Virus record (IMG/VR): IMGVR_UViG_3300031848_000027
Span: 1 to 30,251 of that record
Length of the DNA stretch: 30,251 nt
Strand: one strand, 5' to 3'
Source: a virus
Taxonomy: Duplodnaviria; Caudoviricetes
The position numbers and the translations under genes were made by a program. The notes under the pieces are model-generated. The model was not told the origin of the DNA, ran no database searches, and saw only the letters and a list, made by a program, of their open reading frames with translations. Position 1 is the stretch's first letter; each line of letters opens with the position of its first letter. Below are positions 24,289 through 30,251 of the stretch, piece by piece.

Positions 24289-25236
24289 TTAAGCTGCTGT
24301 GCAATCAAATACAGCACCATTTGCTGCTTCATTTTTTGAAACAAGTGTGTATTCGGCTAACATAGCTTTTTTCTGAGCATCACCAGTTACTGCAAGATCC
24401 ATAAGTTTGAAATCTCTTAGGTAAGCAACTGCCCACATATCAGGCTCTATTACAAAAACATCTCTATTTCTTGAGAACCTATTTGGAACAACAGTCATTG
24501 ATCCAAAGTCTGATTCATAAATGTCAATTGCATTAACAAGTTTCTTGTCGTCAGCCTGAGTCATTTTTGTTGAACCACCAGTAAAACCAGATAGTTTTTG
24601 TTTGTTAAAAGAACCCAACATAATCATTGATGGATCTCCACCTGATTCCCAAGTTTTCTTAACTGTTTCTTTAAGTAAAGCTTCAGTAAATACTCTTTGA
24701 GTTCCATCAGTTCTAGCTATTCCAGGAGTAGCCGTTCCACCAACAGCACCATTAGCACCGATAGCAACTGCATTTGTTTGAATCCAAGAAGCTAAACCAG
24801 AAGAAAGTCTTGCAGTTCCAGCAGCACCAACATTAAATGATTGGTTAGCACATAAAACATGCTCCATATCTCTTTTAAGTTCTTTTGAACTTTTTGAGAT
24901 TTGGTAAGCTAGTTCGTTATTTCTACCAGCACTATTTACTGTGTCCTGAGTACCAGAAACAATAACAGATTTTCTTGAAATCTGCGTACTGTTACTAATT
25001 CTTTTAGTAGGATTAACTGCTAAAAAAGCAACTTCATCACCCTCTATTTGTGCATTAGCTCCAGCTGTTGCTAAAGCATCAGTTTGCCACTCATGCAAAG
25101 TTCCAGTAGCTTTTTCTTTACCAATTGCACTCAGTAGTGGTGTTTCTGTTGGTGAGATATTATAAATAATATCCGATAGGTCTTCTCTGTTCCCTTTTGC
25201 TTGAAAAGTTTGGAACGTATTTGCTATTATTCCCAT
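24289..25236 (-). CDS. Major capsid protein (DUF5309 / SU10-like)
   Basis: GNREDLSD.I.NISPTETP...HEWQTD.L...N.TQI..K...ELKRDME...YESDFG...NRF motifs. Confidence 0.9.
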   Translation of the reverse strand: MGIIANTFQTFQAKGNREDLSDIIYNISPTETPLLSAIGKEKATGTLHEWQTDALATAGANAQIEGDEVAFLAVNPTKRISNSTQISRKSVIVSGTQDTVNSAGRNNELAYQISKSSKELKRDMEHVLCANQSFNVGAAGTARLSSGLASWIQTNAVAIGANGAVGGTATPGIARTDGTQRVFTEALLKETVKKTWESGGDPSMIMLGSFNKQKLSGFTGGSTKMTQADDKKLVNAIDIYESDFGSMTVVPNRFSRNRDVFVIEPDMWAVAYLRDFKLMDLAVTGDAQKKAMLAEYTLVSKNEAANGAVFDCTAA

Positions 25237-25261
25237 GTTTATTTTTCCTATATTGTTGAGA

Positions 25262-26293
25262 TTATTTGTTAGTTATCATGTCTAAGAAAACATCTTGAGC
25301 ATCTTTAATATGCCCAGTTTTTCTTAAACGACTAAACTTATCCTTACTAGCTTTTGATCTGACATCACTCTTGTCTTGTTTAATCCCTGACGAAAACATT
25401 CTGCTTGGCTTAGAAATCTTTTTAGCAAGATTTGGTTTTGCTTTTTGTAAATTTCCAAATTTCATAGCATCATTTACCAACATTAAAATACGATGGTCAT
25501 ATACTTGAGCTATTTCTGAGTCGTTAAACCCATATTTAGCTAAATGACTTCTCATATTGTTTTTTAAATTTGATGCTTTACCTGGATCTGCGAAATCAGG
25601 AATATTATTCAATAATTTCTTTTTTTCAGTTTGTATATATCCATCAAATTGTATTTTTTGCTCAGATTGCGTTTTTTGAATAGCAAGATTAACTTTTTCT
25701 TGTTTTTTTCTTAGTCTATGTTCAATCCTTGCAGCTTCTGTTGGATCTTCTTCGTAAAGAGCTTCTAAATCAGCAGAGTTCATCTCTGTATTAAGCTCTT
25801 GTTGGGCATTAGACAACATTTGATTCATCTCAGTAAGCTTTTGAGAATAGTCTTGTCTTTGCTTTTCAGACTGAGAGTGAAAGTTCTTTCTTTCATTAGA
25901 AAGTTCTTCCGTCTTTTGTCTGTAATCTGCATCTTTTTGATAGCCATTTCTCAACTCATCAAGGGTAACCTCTAATTCTTGACCAGCAACTTTTACCTTG
26001 TAGGTGGAATCTTCTAGTTTCTCTTGAGTATCAATTTGTTCTTCATCTTGAGATACATCTTCGGAAGTTTCATCTTGCGATTCTTCTTCCGTTATTTCCT
26101 GTTCCTGAGGTTGATCGGTTTCCAATTCCTCATTTGTTGGTTCAGGAGAATTTTGTTGAATTTCTTCCTTTGGAGCTTCTTGTTGTCCAATAGTTTTTTC
26201 TTCTTGTGGGTTTAATAAACCATTTACAGCTTCTTGAGCTATTTGCAAATCAGTTTCAGATCCTTTTAATGGATTGCCTTGATTGTCTGACAT
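25262..26293 (-). CDS. Capsid scaffolding protein
   Basis: Acidic N-half, YKVKV.G.E.EVTLDEL..GY...DY.QKT, coiled coil, YDHR; directly upstream of the capsid gene. Confidence 0.85.
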   Translation of the reverse strand: MSDNQGNPLKGSETDLQIAQEAVNGLLNPQEEKTIGQQEAPKEEIQQNSPEPTNEELETDQPQEQEITEEESQDETSEDVSQDEEQIDTQEKLEDSTYKVKVAGQELEVTLDELRNGYQKDADYRQKTEELSNERKNFHSQSEKQRQDYSQKLTEMNQMLSNAQQELNTEMNSADLEALYEEDPTEAARIEHRLRKKQEKVNLAIQKTQSEQKIQFDGYIQTEKKKLLNNIPDFADPGKASNLKNNMRSHLAKYGFNDSEIAQVYDHRILMLVNDAMKFGNLQKAKPNLAKKISKPSRMFSSGIKQDKSDVRSKASKDKFSRLRKTGHIKDAQDVFLDMITNK

Positions 26294-26350
26294 ATGTTTC
26301 CTTGTAAGTTAAGTTCCTCTTGTGAGGTTGACTTATCCTAACCTTAGTGG

Positions 26351-26644
26351 CTAGAATTTTTGGTTTTCAATCTGGTTTCTATAATCTTCCAATTGTTTAG
26401 AAGCTAATTTTCCAGTATCTAAAATTTCTTGTAAGTTTTGTTCAACTTTACCAACAATGTTATAAGCTAACCAAAGTTTTTCTCTGGTTTCATTTTCATT
26501 AACACCAGTATTTAATAAACTTGTGCAATATAAATTTTTTAATTTATTAAAAGACTCTTTAAGTAAAGGATCTTCTAATAATGTACTAGCCTTGTTTGAT
26601 TGGCTTACTTCCTGTTGGAGTTTGGCTTGTTCCTGGTTGTCCAT
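26351..26644 (-). CDS. Hypothetical helical protein between portal and scaffold (97 aa)
   Basis: LLEDPLL..F...RE.LWLAY...GKLA pattern; overlaps the portal 3' end by 59 nt. Confidence 0.7.
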   Translation of the reverse strand: MDNQEQAKLQQEVSQSNKASTLLEDPLLKESFNKLKNLYCTSLLNTGVNENETREKLWLAYNIVGKVEQNLQEILDTGKLASKQLEDYRNQIENQKF

Positions 26645-28775
26645 TTAATGACTCAATTTGTTTTTGTAAGTTTTGTTGTGATTCTTGTGCATTTCTAAAG
26701 TCTTGTGTGCTTTCGGCTACTAACATTTTATTAAGATCGGCTTCTGCTTTAATTTGTGCAGAATCTATTTGAGCATTATATTTAAGCTCAAGTTCTTTCA
26801 TTTTAATTTCATTTTCTAATAGAAATTTAGCATTACTGCCTTTGATTGCTTTTAACTCTAATTCTAAACTAGCTAATTTACGTTTTTCTTCACTTGCTAT
26901 TCTAGCAAACTCTATTTTCTCAATAGGAGTTGGAGCTGGTGGTTGTTTAGGTTGTACCATTGATTTACCTTGATCTGGATTAACAAAGTAATTCTCAACA
27001 TTTTTAAGACCAGCATTTTCAATAATTTTTGCCAAACTATTATAAATATTTTTAAGACTAACCATTGGGTATTCTTGACCACCCTGTAATTGAAATGCCT
27101 GGAGCTGTCTTTCTAGGATATTGTTTAACATACCTATTTGTTGCTCAGAACTTCCAGTACCTAAACCAACAGTAATAGAAATATTATATCTATTTCTCCA
27201 TTCAGTAGGTTTAACTGGAATAAATTGATTGTTTAATTCAACTACTCTTTCTTTGTCTTGATACTTACAAGTAAGTTCAAAAATTCTTTTAAATAAATCT
27301 TTAACACCAGTTTCAGCAAATACTCTAGCTATCAGTTCCATTCTCATTTGAGATTGGCTCATCAAAGCATTAACACCTGTTGCAGTCTTATTTAAAGCAT
27401 CTGCATCCATACCTTGATTGTATCTTGTAACACCAGTTCTAGATTCTCTAACTGTATCTAAATATTCTAATAATGGGAAAGCCTGTTGCGAAATAGTTTG
27501 ATTTTGCATTGGCATCATAACTTGACTTGGTGGCTGCTTAGTTCTTACAACTCCACCTGGTCTTGAAGTTAATAGGTCATCTAAATTGACCATACCATCC
27601 ATTATAGCAACTCTATTATTGTTTGTTAAATACATATTATCCAACAACTGTCGCATAACAGTAGATTTAACTAATTGAACATCTTCTACTAATTCTGAAA
27701 CTGATCTACCATAAAATCTGTGTGGCATTGGGATCGGAGTTAAGCTGCAAAACGGAATAAAATCGCATGGCATATTTTCTAAAATAACATACCCAGTTCC
27801 AGCACAAATTATTTTTCTAAGTTCAGCAACACCATCGCCATCCATATCAACTTTAACATAACATTCATAAACTTCAATTTCAGCAGTACTATCATCTGGA
27901 CTATCATCAGTCGGTGAATCGTCAATAGTTGAGTTTCTTATTAAGCTTTCATCGTTATATAAAATATTATTTGAAGTTGGTAAATCATTAACAATATCTT
28001 CGTCAAAACCCATTTCAATTAAATCGGATCTAGTTTTCATAACTCTGTGAGCTACAAAATTTGCTTCTTCAATTGTTTTAGCTGATTTTTGAATTAAAAA
28101 TTCTTCTGGTGGTATATTTTCTATTTTAACTTTACCATTCGATCTAGTTCTTTTAATAATACAATTATGTAATTTTGGTTGAGTAATATCTTCAACTAAC
28201 TGACCTTGAGATTCCATGTCAGCTTTAAATAATTCATATTGTTCTTTTGTGTAGGTATCTGGAAAAGATTCCTCTTGGATAACCTCCACATCATCATCAG
28301 CAATTAATAATTCGTATTCTTGGTCGTTTAAATTTTCGTATGTTTCTTGTTCAACTTTTTCTGAGTCATCCCAATAGACTTTAACAATTCCATTCTTTTC
28401 TAAAAGAGCATCTTTAAACCAGGTATATAAAATTGAGAAACCATTATTATCTTTGTTAAAAATATAGTTAATATAGTTAGTTACTTGATCGGCTAGTAAA
28501 ACATCTTCTGCTTGTACTGGCTCACATCTAACTACTTGGTCAGATGAAGTAAAAACTCTTAAAAGGTTTGGCAAGATGGTTTCAATAGTGTCTGAAACAT
28601 CTGTACTTACAACTTGGCTTCTGCCATCAACTTCTGTGCCTAGTTTTTCGCCCATATAATACTCAAGCGATTTTTTTCTAGACTCTGATAAAGCTCCACC
28701 CATAAACCCCATGGAGTTATTTATCTCTGATGAAATTATGCTTTTAATTTCTATTTCTGATACTTTTTTTGCCAT
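26586..28775 (-). CDS. Portal protein (P22 gp1-like)
   Basis: YY.G...GRSQVVS.DV.DT.E...KDALL.KNGIVKVYW...P.EFL...PH.FYG.S...TG; C-terminal coiled-coil barrel. Confidence 0.9.
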   Translation of the reverse strand: MAKKVSEIEIKSIISSEINNSMGFMGGALSESRKKSLEYYMGEKLGTEVDGRSQVVSTDVSDTIETILPNLLRVFTSSDQVVRCEPVQAEDVLLADQVTNYINYIFNKDNNGFSILYTWFKDALLEKNGIVKVYWDDSEKVEQETYENLNDQEYELLIADDDVEVIQEESFPDTYTKEQYELFKADMESQGQLVEDITQPKLHNCIIKRTRSNGKVKIENIPPEEFLIQKSAKTIEEANFVAHRVMKTRSDLIEMGFDEDIVNDLPTSNNILYNDESLIRNSTIDDSPTDDSPDDSTAEIEVYECYVKVDMDGDGVAELRKIICAGTGYVILENMPCDFIPFCSLTPIPMPHRFYGRSVSELVEDVQLVKSTVMRQLLDNMYLTNNNRVAIMDGMVNLDDLLTSRPGGVVRTKQPPSQVMMPMQNQTISQQAFPLLEYLDTVRESRTGVTRYNQGMDADALNKTATGVNALMSQSQMRMELIARVFAETGVKDLFKRIFELTCKYQDKERVVELNNQFIPVKPTEWRNRYNISITVGLGTGSSEQQIGMLNNILERQLQAFQLQGGQEYPMVSLKNIYNSLAKIIENAGLKNVENYFVNPDQGKSMVQPKQPPAPTPIEKIEFARIASEEKRKLASLELELKAIKGSNAKFLLENEIKMKELELKYNAQIDSAQIKAEADLNKMLVAESTQDFRNAQESQQNLQKQIESLNGQPGTSQTPTGSKPIKQG

Positions 28776-28781
28776 AACTTT

Positions 28782-30050
28782 TTAAACTATATAATTTGTA
28801 TTTATTTCAAATCCTTTTTTCCAATTTGAAAGCTCTATTCCTTGCCCAGCTATTCCTGTTCTAAAAGCATCAGCACAATGCGATGCGTATGAGTGCTGAG
28901 GTTTAGATTTAAAAACTTGAGCCTTGTCATCCCATTTTTTTTGGTAGGCTTTTAAATACTCAATGCCTGTTCCACACTTGTCTTTGTCAAACCAGCAATT
29001 TATTAAATTTCTTCTGACGGATTCTATGCCATCTTCAATACTAAGCTTAGGTGCTACTTCACCAACTATGCCAAGATCCAATAAAGCTTCTAATCTTGTT
29101 TTAGCATAATTGCCAAGCTCCCTGACTTTTACATCATGGGGAAATATGTGAGTGCTATATTCAAAGCCTTTATTTTTTAAAACGTCAGCATAGTGATCTA
29201 AACCATGTGAAGTGTTTTCGTAATAATCAATTAATCTTATTTCTTTTTTGTATCGCTGCACAAACCATATTGCAGTCTGGTCATTCATGCCCAGATCCCA
29301 CCAAGTTTCTACATCTATATCTTCGTCATATAGATTAGACACCATTCTTTTTTCTCTTACTAAATCTTCAATTATAGTTCCATAATATGATCCTGTTATT
29401 GCAGCTTGAAATGAACATTCAAATTCTTGTTCATATAAATCTTTTGACATTACATCTTTAGCAGCCTGTAATTCTTCTTCGTCTAAAATATCTGTTTCAC
29501 TTGCCTTGTAAGTACAAGCATACCATTTAGGGTTTTTTTTAGCTTGTTCGTAAAGCTGATAAAAATTGTTTCTTCCTTTTGGTGTACCTATAAAAATGCA
29601 CCAACCTTTTCGGTCTGCCAGAGCTGGTCTTATGACTTCTGGAAATATAGTTGGTTTAATAGATTGTGTTTCATCAAATACACAACCATCTAAACTAATA
29701 CCTCTAATTGCTTGATCGTTTTCAGCTCCAAGAATTGTTATCCTTGCACCATTTGCCAAATCACATCTAAGCTCAGATTCATTGAATTTAGTGCCAGGTA
29801 TCTTTGCTGCGAACTGCTTAATGTAATCCCATGCTGTTGCCTTTCCTTGTAGCCTGTAGGGCGATATAAAGGCATATCTGGGGTTAAGTAACTTGTTGGT
29901 TAAAGCTGCTTTTAACATATGGTTTATAGCCATGACTGTTTTACCAGCTCTCCTGTGGAGAACGATCACACTAAACCTATGCTTATCTATTTGCCCATGT
30001 AGTATTTTTTGTAAAGCTCTAGGCTTGTAAGGTATAACTATATTTGGCAT
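28782..30050 (-). CDS. terL: Terminase large subunit
   Basis: Walker A HRRAGKT, Walker B GCVFDE, motif III IGTPKG, QEFECSF, nuclease WDLG..D, H.ADAFR. Confidence 0.95.
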   Translation of the reverse strand: MPNIVIPYKPRALQKILHGQIDKHRFSVIVLHRRAGKTVMAINHMLKAALTNKLLNPRYAFISPYRLQGKATAWDYIKQFAAKIPGTKFNESELRCDLANGARITILGAENDQAIRGISLDGCVFDETQSIKPTIFPEVIRPALADRKGWCIFIGTPKGRNNFYQLYEQAKKNPKWYACTYKASETDILDEEELQAAKDVMSKDLYEQEFECSFQAAITGSYYGTIIEDLVREKRMVSNLYDEDIDVETWWDLGMNDQTAIWFVQRYKKEIRLIDYYENTSHGLDHYADVLKNKGFEYSTHIFPHDVKVRELGNYAKTRLEALLDLGIVGEVAPKLSIEDGIESVRRNLINCWFDKDKCGTGIEYLKAYQKKWDDKAQVFKSKPQHSYASHCADAFRTGIAGQGIELSNWKKGFEINTNYIV

Positions 30051-30059
30051 TTTTAAAAA

Positions 30060-30248
30060 TTAGTGAAGTGTAATACTTTCAGATGTAGAAATAGGCTCTA
30101 TGCCAAGATCATCCATGACCTGAAAAGAAAAATTATCACATTCTTTAATATCTTTAAAACCATCAAAATGTACGATCACACTTTTAGTGGATTCCATCAC
30201 ATAGACGATAGCTGTATAACCCATTTTTTTATCATCAAATTTTTTCAT
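30060..30248 (-). CDS. Hypothetical protein (62 aa)
   Basis: ORF directly upstream of terL on the coding strand. Confidence 0.6.
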   Translation of the reverse strand: MKKFDDKKMGYTAIVYVMESTKSVIVHFDGFKDIKECDNFSFQVMDDLGIEPISTSESITLH

Positions 30249-30251
30249 TAG

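Larger units (their letters stand above)
1..30251. mobile_element. Temperate podovirus-like bacteriophage genome segment (HTVC010P-type pelagiphage-like), non-integrated form
   Basis: Terminase, portal, scaffold, capsid, tail, lysis and integrase genes are present, with no host housekeeping genes. Phage genes lie on both sides of the att core. There is no tape-measure or tail tube gene, but ejection-type proteins are present. The sequence is AT-rich and has an alphaproteobacterial-type tRNA-Asn fragment. The pelagiphage assignment is inferred. Confidence 0.9.

Noticed and set aside
26586-26644. Programmed frameshift between the portal and the 97-aa gene
   Set aside because: A simple 59-nt overlap with its own ATG explains it, and no clear slippery heptamer plus stimulator was seen.
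1784-30251. Plus-strand track ORFs opposite int and the late genes (e.g. 1784, 2705, 4447, 5202, 5454, 5654, 10803, 13356, 15994, 16307, 16540, 17860, 20347, 23793, 26024, 30063)
   Set aside because: These are antisense shadows of well-supported minus-strand genes, with no RBS or recognisable motifs.

Overview
The whole window is part of an AT-rich, short-tailed (podovirus-like) temperate phage genome. Gene order and protein motifs resemble marine HTVC010P-type pelagiphages of SAR11 alphaproteobacteria; this is inferred, not searched. The minus strand (30248->3773) carries one long, tightly coupled late operon: terminase large subunit, P22-like portal, scaffold, major capsid, head-tail connectors, a 1333-aa repeat-rich tail fibre, a three-fold tandem array of two-gene tail/receptor-binding cassettes, ejection proteins, a PD-(D/E)xK nuclease, and a lysis region with an M15 endolysin and a holin. 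Several small genes in this operon were missed by the ORF track, including four very basic micro-proteins. The left end holds the tail of a plus-strand operon (DUF3310, LexA-like wHTH, XRE HTH) converging on a tyrosine integrase with non-canonical catalytic residues. Between the integrase and the late operon is an intact attP whose core is the 5' half of tRNA-Asn(GTT). The core has its own sigma70-like promoter and candidate arm-type repeats, so on integration the phage would supply the promoter and 5' end of the host tRNA. The most notable items are this promoter-bearing 5'-tRNA attP, the modular tail cassette array with shared near-identical DNA blocks, the basic micro-protein set, and several structured intergenic RNA elements.
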